Origin: Lingula anatina
Lineage: Eukaryota; Animalia; Brachiopoda
Direction: 5' to 3'
Length of the DNA stretch: 64,000 bases
Assembly (NCBI GenBank): GCA_051362555.1
Contig: CM120640.1
Location: forward strand, 59,808,788-59,872,787
The translations under genes and the position numbers were made by a program. Of this stretch, positions 1-15,900 are shown piece after piece (positions within the stretch are counted from its first letter, which is position 1; every line of letters starts with the position of its first letter). Under the pieces are notes generated by a model that was not told the DNA's origin, did not search any database, and worked only from the letters and a program-made list of their open reading frames with translations.

Positions 1-333
1 GTGATTATTGTATCTCAACTTAAATTGGCCACCACAAAGCCCTATATATTTCATGCATTTGTCCTTAGTAGTGACTGATGCTTGGGACACAATGTTGCTA
101 GACAAGCATTCCCCTCTCAAAGGACACTTACTAGGAGCTCTACAATTACATTTCTTATCTTGTGAATTGACATGCTGCATATAACTAAATCTATTTAAGG
201 TTTCTTCATGCATTTTGTTTGTATATCAATCAATAAAACCAATATCAAACAAACAGTGTTTCTTTATTTGTACCTTCAGAATATTAAAGCATTATGAACA
301 CTTCACAGAAATGTTTAAAAATGATGCAAAGAG

Positions 334-3300
334 ATGTTTAATACTACCAAATTTATTAAAGGTCATTTCGGTCGATGCAATTTTGTCTACCTTGACTCAC
401 ACGAAGCAGCCAAACTGTCGGGTGGCCTGTCCAACCTTCAGCCCATCAAATACCTCGACGCCCTTGTCGACCCTTTTTTTGCTACAAAAAAACTGGTATG
501 TGCTGCTTTGGACAGAATGTCACTGAAACTTTCCGGGCGATAATCGCTGGCCGATGCCAGCCTTTCGCATAGGCTAATTGTAAAAAGGTGATATCTCCAT
601 GCCTAATATCAATGGCATATCAATCCAAAATGACGGGCCCCGTTCTCTTTATGACTTTAATTGTCGTTTAATTTGAAAGTAATCCTAGAGACAAATTTGA
701 CAGCAAAGCGGCCACATTTCCACGTGGAGACAATACGCATGCAGAGAAAGCTCATTTTCCGGCAAATTCAGTAACGACATTTGCGACAACCGACTTCGTT
801 GGGGGTGTTTTTTTTTTTTTTTTTTTTTTTTTCAGAGAACGAACGGACTAAAATAGGTGCGCGCTCAGGATATCATCCATAAAAATAAAAAAAGTGTGGC
901 CTAACTTACAATAAATGGAGATTGGGTCCTGGTTTTAAAGTATTCATGACAACCACAGGCCTACCCTACCCAACTACCAGACTCGGCACTGAATGATCCA
1001 GAATTCACCAGTATATCAGACCACACTACCCGTGAGGTGTGAGTCAGTACGCATTTCACAGTGTCATACCCCGAACAAATTTTGAGTGGTGATACAATAC
1101 TTTTCAACCCTGCTGAGAATCGTCACTATCACATCGCGTACTAGGCAAGAGCGGTGTCGTGTCTGATACTGTGAAATGCGTACTGACACACATCTTGAAA
1201 ACGGGTAATGTGGTCCGATCTACCGGTGAATTCAGGATCATTCGGTGCCAAGTCTGGTAGTTGGGTAGGCCTGAACCAGACTGTGTGTTTTTATGGTATT
1301 AGTTTAAGTTTGCCAGGATGCTTTTTATGAAATGCGGGTTAAAATCTGAAAGGCAACATACAACTGTATGATGGTATATTGAAAACTTTTTTTTTCCTTG
1401 AAACTGCAAATGGAACATACAAATATGTTGTATATATATGCAGTGTTCAAGGGCAACTTTTTAATCCATGGCAGTGGCCACTCATTTATTTAAAATTCAT
1501 GCCCTGAATTAAACAAGTAGACTCCTGCATGTTTATTACTAATAAATACATTTACTGGGATTTTTTTAAATAGAAATAAATTCCCCAACTTTTTTCTAGC
1601 TGGCAGACTTCCAGGTTGGTCCAGACCATGTTACTTGGAACAGAGTGTCCCTGGCTTCAGATCAATGGGTGTGCTGTCTACATGACCGGCTGGGGGAGGA
1701 CATGGAATCTGCACATACTAAGGAAGAGGGAAATCACAGGGAGAAATTGCAATGTGTAAGTAAATAGGGACTTTATAGTGAACTGTATTTTACGGGGGGA
1801 TTGAATGATAGAGAAGAGTGGGTGAGTTGATTGTAAACACATTTCACTTGCATTTTGTTCTTGTAAATATAGGAATAAGACAACCTTAAATAATGTTGAT
1901 CTTAGAAGACAGAAGTGATAAGTATTAAATTAGTGCACTTTTAACCTGTCCCATAGGAATGTTCTGTGAGTTAACAATGTAAAATTAACACTTTTGTAGC
2001 AAAGAAAATGCATGTGAAAGCAGTTATGTTTTGCAATTAATTGACTTTATGGTGGGTTACTAGTGAGAATGACTAAGTGTCATCATTATTGATTACTTTG
2101 ATAGATGGAGTAGTGCCCATGGGAAGTTTCTGTGTAATTAGAGAATATATCTGATTCTCGGGTGTTTTATTTTGGAATCCATCTTTGTCAATATTTATCA
2201 TATCATTCTACAAAGATTGCAGTAGAGTTTCTTGATTCTAGAACAATTCTCCCCCAGACAATCCCCCCCCCCCCCCCCACCCACCCACCAAGACAACCCC
2301 CACCTTACCAGGAAAAAAAACACTGCTTTTGAATTACCTATTGGAAATATTTATATATTTCTTGAATATTTTACTGAATATAAAAAGTAGACAGGAAATG
2401 AAATAAAATCTTAAGTATTGGCTATGAATTAAAAGGAAGTTCACTTACACGCATAAACAGACCTAAGAGGTAACCTTAATTAAAATTATTAGATACTATA
2501 GATGCAAATGTTAACCAAATCCTGTTTTGCTTCAAACTAGCTGTTTTTAGTTAATATTACAACCTTTTTACCTCATACATGTCAGTGTAATTTTAACTTA
2601 ATTACAGATTCAGTCATTCTGTATTCACATTTTTATCTTACAGGTTTATAATTTTAGATTATATTGCAGCAATGCAAATTGATATTTTAAAGATTGTAAC
2701 AATTACAGAAACCTCTCTTTTTCATATAAAGACAACTACTAGTAATTGATTTTTTTTGTTTGCAACCTAGGTGACAGTAATCAACCTCACCCAACCTGGC
2801 AAGTTCCTCACATATCACTCTGTGGCAGATTCAGCTGGAATGAACCCTCTCAAGCCAGTGATTGCTCTGAAGGGTAAGTGCCTGTCAAATGAAGTGATTA
2901 AAGAAATTAAGTCACACAGTGTTATATCATGCATGAGTTTAACTGTGATTTTAAAATGGCCAGCAAATAATGATTTCTAGGACAGTTCCAGATTTGTACT
3001 GTTCATTGGATCGGTTGGGTTGTTTGTAGAATAAAGAAAACATTATGTCTTAGGGCACCTTCTCAATGAAACTTTTGTACTACATAGATTGATTCAGCTC
3101 TGTAGGGACTTGCGTTAGATTAACTGAATGACCCCACCTCCCTTCAAATAGCTAGGCTTCTGGAAGGTTTGTCACTTTTGAGTGCAGCTGAACAAAAGTT
3201 AATAAAGCCACTAGCTGCTCAAGGAGGCATATCATTTAGTTAATCTGATGGCATTAAGTGAGAGTCCCCACAGAGTTGGATCAATCTATGTATATTGATA

Positions 3301-5818
3301 GTTACATTGGGAATGCATCCTTACAAAATAATAAATATGGATTTTCTGGTGTTTAAGCTGGCACCAAATTTCAAGTGTACAACATATCAACTCGAGAACT
3401 TCTCCACCAGTGTACTATGGCACATGAAGCTGTGTACTGGACATGGGTCAACTCTGAGCTGATAGCCATAGTATGTGATAATGCATTGTATCACTGGTGC
3501 TTAGAAAAAGGTAAATACTAGTTAACCATCATGTGTAGGATACCCATTTCAGTTATCGATAAAAAATAGGATACTTTTTAAAATTTTAACACCCCAAAAT
3601 CTGCACATTTTTGCATCTGTTCTTAGCACATCTGTATTGATGATATGTTTTAGAATCAATTATACAAATTGACAAAATCATGTAAATAGGGTTCTTATCC
3701 ACTGTCAATATGGTCATACCATAGTAGCAGACTGCTAAAGCATGTCTGACCATTTTCAGAAAATTCAGTCCCAGAAGAGGTGTTTAAATTGGACATAAGA
3801 ATGTCTAATTGCCAGATAGTAAGTTACAAGACAGATGCTTCATTTCGATGGCATGCTATGACAGCTCTTAATGTTGAGGTATGGTATACTTGATAATGCA
3901 AATGTTTACATTTTTTTCCTATAATAGTGGATCACTTTTTTGTGAGGCATTTTAAAACATTTTCCCAAACTGATTTTAGAAAAAAAAAAAAAAACAATGA
4001 GTCTATTTTTTTCTGTAATAGTTATAACTTTTCAAATTATCAAGCCCATATGGAATGTTTCCAAATTTCTTATATTTTCAGGAGAACAGCATTTCTGGTG
4101 TTACACAGTTTTTCTGTCGTGAACTGTGTGCGTCTCAATGTGTGTCTGCCCATGCTGTGTGCTTTGCTCAATATACCCTGGATGACAACCCATATCCCTC
4201 CACAGTATTATGCTTAGCTTCAAGACAGGACTGTACACTCAATGGAAAGGTAAACAGTCTATGGGGCTCTTATGTAGATGAGCCTGTTCTTAGGATTATT
4301 TTTTTGATAAACACCCCTTTTATTCTTCACGTGCTGAATACCTGGTTACTACTCTACATGATTTAAATTTTCAGGTAAAGGTATAATAATCTCATTTATT
4401 TATAGTACAGAAGGAAAGCAGAAAATATTTGTTCAAATATAATTTTTGGGTAGTATGAGATAATACCCTTTGGTGTTTCTTTAAGTTATGCTATTTTAAA
4501 CTTCATGATCAGACATGAGTTTTTTTCTGCGGAAAAGCGGAATTCCAGGTTTTTAAAATTCAATTCTGATGGTTCCTGAGATTCATCAAGGTGAGGTGTT
4601 GGGTCCCATGATAAATGTTCAGAGATTTTTTTTTAAACCAAGGTTCTTGTCTGATGGTGCCATTTGGTCAGGCGAAGTGGCAATATTTGACTTCAGATGT
4701 TACTTTCTTGTTTTAAAAACAAACGTAGAATGCCACGTGACCTAAAAGATTTTGTGACAACTTAATATGTATGTAGTCTGTATGATATTATCTTGTAGAT
4801 CCATGTTTTGGAACTTGGTCCCCATACCCCTGGCAACTATGCACCCACTAGTCACTCCACAGACATTACTTTCATAGAAGAATACAATAAATATGATTTC
4901 CCAGTCTCACTGCAGGTAGGCATAGGGATTATATTAAATGATAAATGCAATTAACATTTTGAATGTGCCTTTTTTTTTTTTTTTTTTTTTAGCTTAACAT
5001 TTGTGTAATGTTTTTGTTGTTCTTATCCTTTTTTCTTTTCTTCATTTTTATTGGTGCTATTGTTGTTAACCATTTCATCATTTCATTTGGAGTGTGAACC
5101 AGCTCATAGGACTTTAGATTGGATCCCTCCACTGCTTTTGTTTCACAAAACATACTTTTGATAAGGCGTCCATTTGCTTTATAATCATTATCTGTGATAA
5201 TACCATATTTTTCCAGGTCAGTGAATGCCATGGACTTCTTTATATCCTTACCAAGTATGGGCACCTCTACCTCTGCAGTATGAGCAATGCTGCCTGCTTG
5301 TTCTCCATGGCAATCTCTAGTCACGTCTTGTTCTCTACAGCCTTCAACTCAGCTAGTGAAGGAGTACTGGCCATAAACAGGGCAGGCCAGGTGAGAATTC
5401 TCAGCAATAAAGAATATGGATGCTCTTTAATTTTAGCTTTTTGATAGTGAGGGTCAAAGATGCCATTATCCAAAAGAACCTTGATCTTATTAAGTTCAAT
5501 AATTGTTTAGTAATTGTATAAATATCACCTATGGTTGCAGATATCATGAAAACAATTTTAATTATGCTTAAAAGTGCTTAGAGATACAGTGTCTTCTTTA
5601 GGGTGTATTATAATTTGTTGAAAACAACAAAAACTATCAACATATACTATCAACTATTCTGTGAAATAACATCTATTCACAATTTCTCTTTACAGGTCTT
5701 GTCCATTTGTGCCAACCGGGACTCCCTTATTCGACATGTGCGCCATGCTCTTCACAAACCCAAGCTTGCCGAAAAACTGGACGTCCTGTTGCACAAAAAT
5801 ACACTCATTAGGCTGTGA
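334..5818 (+). CDS. Clathrin heavy chain N-terminal domain (7-blade propeller + start of linker)-only protein, ~424 aa
   Basis: Exons 334-495 (first exon less certain), 1600-1755, 2771-2873, 3358-3510, 3760-3878, 4082-4249, 4799-4915, 5217-5390, 5696-5818. All introns are GT-AG, phases are compatible and the total is 1275 nt. The translation has clathrin motifs: VTWNRVSLASDQWVC, ADSAGMNPLKPVIALK, DNALYHW, NCQIVSYKTD, YDFPVSLQ, LTKYGHLYL, GVLAINRAGQVLSIC. TGA is at 5816-5818. Confidence 0.85.
956..1273. mobile_element. Foldback MITE with ~140-bp imperfect terminal inverted repeats
   Basis: ctacccaactaccagactcggcactgaatgatcc...gtcagtacgcatttcacagt is mirrored by actgtgaaatgcgtactgac...ggatcattcggtgccaagtctggtagttgggtaggcctg. 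Confidence 0.8.
3083..3291. mobile_element. Old MITE-like repeat (second degraded copy at ~7310-7474)
   Basis: Ends catagattgattcagctctgt / acagagttggatcaatctatg are inverted. The stretch ttaatctga..gtgagagtc..cagagttggatc.atcta is shared with ~7427-7474. Confidence 0.5.
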
Positions 5819-7526
5819 TCAAGAAACTGATTCTCATGAAGCTATATATTTGTGGAAACATCCCATATTGTATGGCATCTGTTCAATCATGTAGCATCTC
5901 TTATAGATTTGAATGGTCTAAAAGAAACTCAAGTTTAGTATTGCTAAATTTGGAGAGCATTTTTTCTTTTGATCATGAAATGTTCACTGAAAAAGTAATA
6001 TAAAACACCTTGAGTAGTAAGTGATGAGAGGTTGTGGAGAGTTGAGTTTGGATAGATTTATTTTACATAAATATTGAAGAGGAATAACAGAAAAATGTCA
6101 TTTTTAATAAGTGAAGCACATCAACAGTTGATATAGAATCCTTTTAGTATTGCAACCATTAGTACAGGTTTCATCTTTGAAGATCTCATTTTAGCTGTTG
6201 TGTTTACAACTCAAACCTGTTAAGACAATCAGCTGTAATTATTCTCACTGCAAACGATGCTACACTTAATCTATGGACATTTTGACATGTTGAAATTGAA
6301 GTATTATTTAAACGTTAATCATTTTATTTATGTTCATTTATGATCCTTGTGATCAAAATCATTTAATCATGGGAATGATGGGGAGTGGCAAAGAGTTCCC
6401 ATATCTTAACTAGTTTTTTTACATGTACCATGACATCCCACAGTGGAGAGGAGATTTCATCACAACGAACTTTGTTTAAATATTCAAAGTCAATTCTGCT
6501 GATTTATGTGATGATTGTGGCAAGGAAAAGAAGAACATAATAGTGGATATCAGTGTTTTCTTGGGCAGCCAAGATTTGTGCATCTTCCTAGGAAGATGAG
6601 TCAGTTCAGTACGGTGCTATTCCTGTAAATACTTGCATTGTTTTTTTCTTTTGTGTAAGATATATTTTATAGTTTTCTTGCAGTAAAATGGGTAATATAT
6701 TGTTAGTATTATTTGATTGTGATATGTGGTAGGGAAACCAGTGTACTGTCTCATCAAACATATGTTTTTGTACATTTGATGTTGTTAGGTTTAACGTGCC
6801 AAGTGCATAGAGCTAGCTGCTTACAATAACATGGATAAAAAGCATATATGAAATGTGCTCCTAAACTATGAATTCAGGTTACAAAGATCTTTATAGACTT
6901 GTCTGATTTTGTGGACCATACACAGGATCTGTAGCATGTTTATCAATAAAAATGTAGGGAAAAAAACTTCATATTTCTTAAACAATGTTTTGACACTGAA
7001 ATTCTTTCTTTGTGTTATGTTATGCAAGCCCAGCCTAAAAAGCATGAGAGTATTAACTAAAACAATACCAACTTACATTACGTGAAAAAAGTTAAAACTG
7101 TATTGTCAGCTTTGCATTGCAATAAAGTTTGACTGGAATTAGTTAACAAGAGTTGCTTAATTAAAAAAAATTTAATGCCTCAGTAACAAACCCCCGATTG
7201 CACAGCACATAGTATGTAACTACTTTTAAAAAATGTATGGTTTGCTTTCTTAAATATTAAAAAAAAGACAACATTTATCAAAAAATACTTAGGGCCCATT
7301 CCCAATGAAAATCAATCCTACTCTGCTGAATGCTACCAGATATGCAGATTAACACCCCTCCACTGATTTCCAACATAATTATAATCACCAGATCTGTATT
7401 CTACTCGATGCCAGGAGTAGGTGGGTTAATCTGATTGCAATCAGTGAGAGTCTCTGCAGAGTTGGATCGATCTACAAATGGCAGTTTAGAGCCCTTAGTA
7501 AATGAACTTAAATACTGCATTCTATT

Positions 7527-9693
<2,167 letters not shown>

Positions 9694-9779
9694 TTGTTTT
9701 CCAGGTCCTTGTCCTTCACATGGAAAGAATGAAAAATATATTAGGTTCTGAGATTATAAAGAAACTAAAAGCAAGGAGT

Positions 9780-9936
9780 TATAGCTCCTTGCTAAAAGTA
9801 AGCCCCGATGCAACTAGTGTATCCAACGGTTCAAGGACATATGCTTCACACGTAAGTGGATGCGAAATGGAGCTCTTTTCAGTTGAAGTGCTGAAATAGA
9901 TGGAAACGAAGTAAACAACATGGCGGGTGCCAGTAA
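9780..9936. promoter_or_regulatory. Putative bidirectional promoter QPRT / kinesin-CCDC78
   Basis: Divergent start codons are ~230 bp apart (9693 on -, 9920 on +) in a locally CpG-richer patch. An AACATGGCGG YY1-type motif overlaps the + ATG, and a forkhead-type GTAAACA is at 9911. Confidence 0.55.
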
Positions 9937-12900
9937 GTAAAGAAATTATATACTTTACAACTTTAATACATCACAACCATGGTGTCTTTTCACCAGCATG
10001 AATGAATGTCGGTAACTGGACCACATCTATTTTTTAGCGAAGTTCATTCAATTTTATCAAAGATTATAAAGCAAGCATTTACAAATGGCACTCACCCTAT
10101 AACTAATTTAGTACATAGTGTACATGTAATTAGCAACATTTGTCTGTTTGTTGCCTCAGGTTTCAGTCTTACATGCTACGTAGGTTAGGCCTCATACCGC
10201 CATGTGTTATACACTCTCGAGGCTATAAATGACATCACTTGCAAATGGAGTGCAGAAGTGCTCAGTAGTAGCACTGTTTAAAAATAATTCTCAAACTTTA
10301 ATAAAGTCTTTTTGTTTTAGAATAAAAATGAATATTGACGTATATGCCAGAGTCCGTCCCTCGGGGCGTGGGGAAGGCCCCCCTAGCCTACAGATAGACA
10401 GCCAGAACAGAGTTGTGAGTGGAGGATCACATTTTACGTAAGTTCAATTTCTTCTTCTTCTTTTTTTTTTTTTTTTTTTTTTCATAAAAATCTTTTTGAG
10501 TATTGTTGAGTATTTGCCATTGGCTAAGCTTTGGAGGTAATCCCTTCTTATCCCCCCCCCCCCCCCCCCCAAAAAAAAAAAAAAAGTATAACAAGTGCAA
10601 TGAGACAAACCAAAAAAATTTATAACCTTAGCTATGACCTACTGGTAAATATATTATAGTAAAATAGTCCTCTTCTGCTATTTTATATTTATGATATTTG
10701 CCAAACACTTATCTTTGTGCTCCATCCCCTTACCAAAATCTTGGAACCACCAAAGTTTGTTAAATATACAGCAATATACTTGTAGCACTGATTTTACATG
10801 TATTTTCATTTAATCTAATGCGCATTGTGAATTGTCCAAGTTTACAGTTATTGACACCCTCATTTCAATATTGGACTGATATTGTATGAAAATACACATC
10901 ATGTATTATAGCTAACATTTCCAGCACTTATTCTTCATATAAGAGGTTTTGATGTATTATATTGTTTTTGAACAAGCTTCCAGACATTGTTCCGCCAAAG
11001 TGACACTCACTATGATGTCTACAAGAGAATAGTAGATCCTCTTCTGGAGATGATGGTGGATGGACTTAATGTTTGTCTTGTTATATTTGGGGAGAGCGGG
11101 TCAGGAAAGTCATCCACAGTGGCTGGAGAAAGTATGGGGAAGTCAGGAATAGTACCTATACTTATTGATCACCTCTTCATGAAACTGGCACAAGGTGATT
11201 TCTTTCAGGATCAATATACATTAGTAAATGACAAATTTTGCAGAGGAAATTTAAATAAATGAAAAATATATGCATTAATGATGATATGAGTGTAGGATTA
11301 TGTATGTTTTGCTTTTTCTTACCATCAGTTTTTGATGTACAATGTGTTTGTCTTAGGGGATGGATACAATTATGAGAATAGAGGGAGTGCCAGTGTAACA
11401 TTGCAGATATATGAGATATACAATGAACTTATCAAGGATTTGAACCAAATTACCACAGCATCTCATGACTTTCTAGAACTGGAGGAAAATGCAGAAAGGG
11501 GGATATTTCCAAAGGTATAGCAATAATGTGATTATGACTACATGTGCATGAGTCGGTGTCCATGTGTTTTGTCATTATTCTAGATTATTAATTGACAGTT
11601 TTCAAGAACATCCCTCAAATGCAGCAATCTAACACTTAAATGTGCCTCTGACAGTTCATTTTTAAACATGTTTTTTTACTTTCATGTGATAAACACAAAA
11701 ATGTGTACATTGATTTTAGAGAGGTCAGAGCATTCCTGTTGGTTCAGCTTCTGATGCAGCTGCTGTGTTCAGACAAGCTTGGAGCAGGAGGACCGACTCA
11801 CATACTGATTTTGGTCCTGCCAAAAACTTTACATCTGTAATCATACGGTTTGAATTATCTATGGTAAGTTGTTATTAATGGGATTGATTATTATTTTGAA
11901 AAAAATGCCTTCAGTGATGCTTCAAACACCCATTAATTATAAACATGTCCTTATTTTATTATTTAAGGTGAATTGTATGTTTAAGTAGTTAAATGGTTTA
12001 AAAGGCCAGTTCATGCATCTTACAATTTAAATACTTTTTTCAGTACACAAACAGTAATCCCCTGCCAAACAAGACCACTTTCACCATTGTGGACCTTCCA
12101 GGGGCAGAAAAGCTCACTGAAGATGTATCATCCTTGAGGCTGAGAGAAGGACCATCACTGAGTAAAGCTATCCATGCTTTCACTAATGTTGTTTCAAGTC
12201 TTGCCAGTCAACCAATGCCTAATAGAGTTATTAACTATGCGTAAGCTAACTTTTCTAATAAATGTCATTGAATTAAGAAGTTCAGAAATAAAAGAACAAA
12301 TTTAGTCTGCTCTTTGGATGCAATTATATAGTTTATGTACTGTTGTGTAGATTAAGATGTTGTTTGGTAAAATGTCACTGGAAAAAATAATTCAGAGGGA
12401 ATGTTTCTGGGATGCCTAAGTATTTTTAATACTGACTTGAAGGTGAAGTATAATTTACAGAAAAAAAATGCTTAGATGAATTGTTATTTTATTCATTGTG
12501 TTTTTAGAGAGTCTAAGCTAACTCAACTTCTGCGTGAAGAACTTGGAGGAAGTTGTCGTACCTGTGTATTATCATGTTTAAAACCTCACACTGACCCAGA
12601 TATTTTGACCACAGTGGTGAGGACATCAGCACAGCTGGCACAAGTCAGAAACTTCCCTGTCCTCAATGACTACACTACACAGGTAATTCTGCTACACTCT
12701 TGATCAATGCAAATCTCAGAAAGTATGGTTTGGAAAAAATCCTGTCATTTGAAATGATCCGAATCATTTTTCTTAGATAATAATTTAAAACTGACATCAT
12801 TTCAATAAAGACAATCAAGTCTGAATGATGATATTCTTGTACAGTATGACTTAGTCTTATAGGTTCTTAAATATTCAGTTGACCAACCCTTATTTTGAGG

Positions 12901-15900
12901 AAATAAGATTTTTTTCACACTAATTTTTTTTTCAAAAGTAAAAATGCAATGAGCATTGGATTGGAAAAATGACCAATTTACCTACAAAAGAAGTCCTATT
13001 CACAGAGAGTCACCAATTGCTAACCAACTTAACAATTTTGTCAGACCTGGCTTGACAAATTATTGAAAACCTCACAATGTTCATCTTAATTATCATAGTG
13101 TGCTTAAACAATTAAATCAAAGCATGCATAAACAAATGAGACAGCTTGACAGACATACATATACGTTACCTGAAATGCCAGCATGTGAGATGATAGCTAT
13201 ACCTGTACATATGCAACCAATGCTGTGTTCTATGGCCTCAATAAATGGACTGCTGACTAGAATTTAGCAATCACATCTATAAATATTTAGTGAAAAGAGA
13301 GTAAACATAATACTGATAAGGATGGACAAAGTATTAAACATTTCAAAACAGTCCATTAGAGGGCAAATATAGTGTGTTGTCATGGTTGTCTTATCTGCCA
13401 AGGTAAGCAGAATTATGCAGTGGGTTGGCACTGAAGGTATTGCTATCATTATACGTGTACTAGCATACACCGAACAGGTAAAATAATTTTGTTCTTTAAC
13501 TATTGGTATCATTTCTCATCTGAGGGTGAGAGAAAAGAAAACTAAAGGTTAGGTCAATGTATCCATACTGGTGTGGATTTATAAGAGTTATCTTAATTGC
13601 AAACATCTAGTAAGTGACAAGTTTGTTTTTTTTTCTGAATAGTGTCTTCCATAATCACTGGATACAAATCTATGTAAGACCTGTTACATGATATCACATA
13701 TTATCTTAATGCATAATTAATTACTAGTAAAAAAGAAAGTCAATTTCAGTATAAAATCACTTTTTACCATACCTGCCCAGTAATTATATAATTGTTTTTG
13801 ATTTTCTTCAGCACCTGATCACCCAATACCGTGCAAGGATAATAAATCTCCAGCAACACCTTGGCTTCAGTGCAGCCATGGCTAACCCATCACAGGTGAC
13901 AGACATCAAAGATGAATTACGGAGGTTGCAGACAGAGAATGTAGGTTATGTCAGTCTTCAAGATGTCTAAGAAATATCTGTTGATTTAGAAAATATAGAT
14001 AAGATAGCTCTCTCAAATACACATGCACCAACATATGCACACACCAGTTTTTGCTGAAATTATTTTGTAGTTTTGTTTTTGCAAATCATGTTTAACAGTG
14101 GGGCAATTAAAAGCACCATCAGTTCAGTGTGTATTGTAGAAGGCATTCAGTAGATAGTACCATATTCACTTGAATAAATCAATTAACATAGCTATTTAAC
14201 ATTTGTTCAAGCTCCAACTTCGAGATAAAAATGAACGCCTCCATCTGAAGATGGAACAAATACAAGGAAGATTTGGGACTCTAGCAGATACCAAGACTGA
14301 CTTATCTGCACAGCTTCTTATGACAGAGGAAGAAAAACTCAAAGTAAGAGATGTCTAACATATCCCTTTAAAAGAATGCTTAATGTTTACTTACAGTTCA
14401 GGCCCATAGGCAGGGGTGGATGAGGGGTTCAGAAGAACCCCCCATTTTGCTGGGAAAAGGTCCCCTCTGGGTAAAATTTTTTTTAAGTACATGAAGGTTT
14501 CATGGTTAAAGGTTCATTTTTTCAGAAAAAGAACCCCCCTGTTGAAATTGCTGGCTACAGGCCGGCAGGTATTTTGATAAGTAAAACCATTTACAAATTC
14601 ATGCTTGCAGAGCATGTACATGTATCAGTGCATTTTGTTTCTGCATTGCCAGGTGTCTAAAACCTTAGTTGAAATGCAGATAGAGAACAACAAGCTGAGG
14701 GAAGAGGCAGAAGCTGCAAAGTTTGAGCTTACTAATAAGGTAACTAGAACTTACATCAAAGTAATCACTTTTTTATTATATACCCCAGTACCTTCTTTGA
14801 AGCACTAAATGTTTATTTTTAATCTGTATTATGTAGTTAACATGTTCCTTTGTACAGAATGAAACAATTTATAAAGATAAGATTGCTATATTTCAATCTA
14901 CCAGATTCTCACTCTTGAGCATGACTTAATGGAGTTAGAAATGGAGCGAGATAGGCAAGCCAAGGCAGCAAGAAATGCACAGGACAAGCTTGCAGAACTA
15001 GAAAAAGACAGGAAAGAATTGGCAGATGAATATGTGGCTCTCAAAACCAACTATCTCACCTTGAGTAAGGAGCACGAAAAAGAGGTTAGAGAAGTATGTT
15101 TGACTGTTAAGTCAGCAAAATTTTGAAAAATTTCACACATTTTTATGAACAAATTCTATTTAAGCTGTTATGCTTATCCCATCTTAATTTCACATAATTT
15201 CATCCAACAAGGTGCAATGAATTAAAACATTGTTTATTTATTATGTAAAAAAATGGCTACTTTCCAGGCTGCAAGGAATGAAGAACTGAGCATGGAGCTG
15301 CTGAATTTAGTGAATACCAAAGCTGCACTGATAAGGCAAATGCAACAGTCACATCTGGCAGATGACAATGATCCAAACATGGAAGTGGACAGGATCCGAA
15401 ATGTTGTTAGCAGACTGTCAAATAGACGTATGAAGGTATTTAAGGGACAGCTTCTCCAAAGAACTTTGTTTTATTGCGTCATGAGATAACGAACTTGTAC
15501 ATGTAGTATGTAATGTAGCAAAGGAAAGCCATTTAGTTCATTATTTTCATCTTTTTTTTCCAGCCAGAAGAACTGTTGGCAGGTGAAGAAGATAGATTGG
15601 TTGTGGAAAGAAATGTGAGTTATTTTCATTCAGAAACTAAATTAATTTTATACTTTTTGACATTCAGTCTTAGTCATTATTTAATTGAATTAAAATAAAG
15701 TGTGTTTTTTTATTTAGTCTTGATAATCGGTCATTGATATTACAGTTATTTGGCAAACAGAAGATGTACCAAAATCAACTGGATAAGATGAAAAGTCAGT
15801 ATGAAGAGGAGCATGGAAAAATGGAAGGGCAGTTGTAAGAAAATGACTTGGCATATGAATTTTAATCAAAACATTTTTATTCAAAATTTTTAAAATAATT

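Noticed and set aside
4989-5324. 111-aa minus-strand ORF
   Set aside because: Antisense shadow of a clathrin-like exon plus low-complexity intron; no recognisable family.
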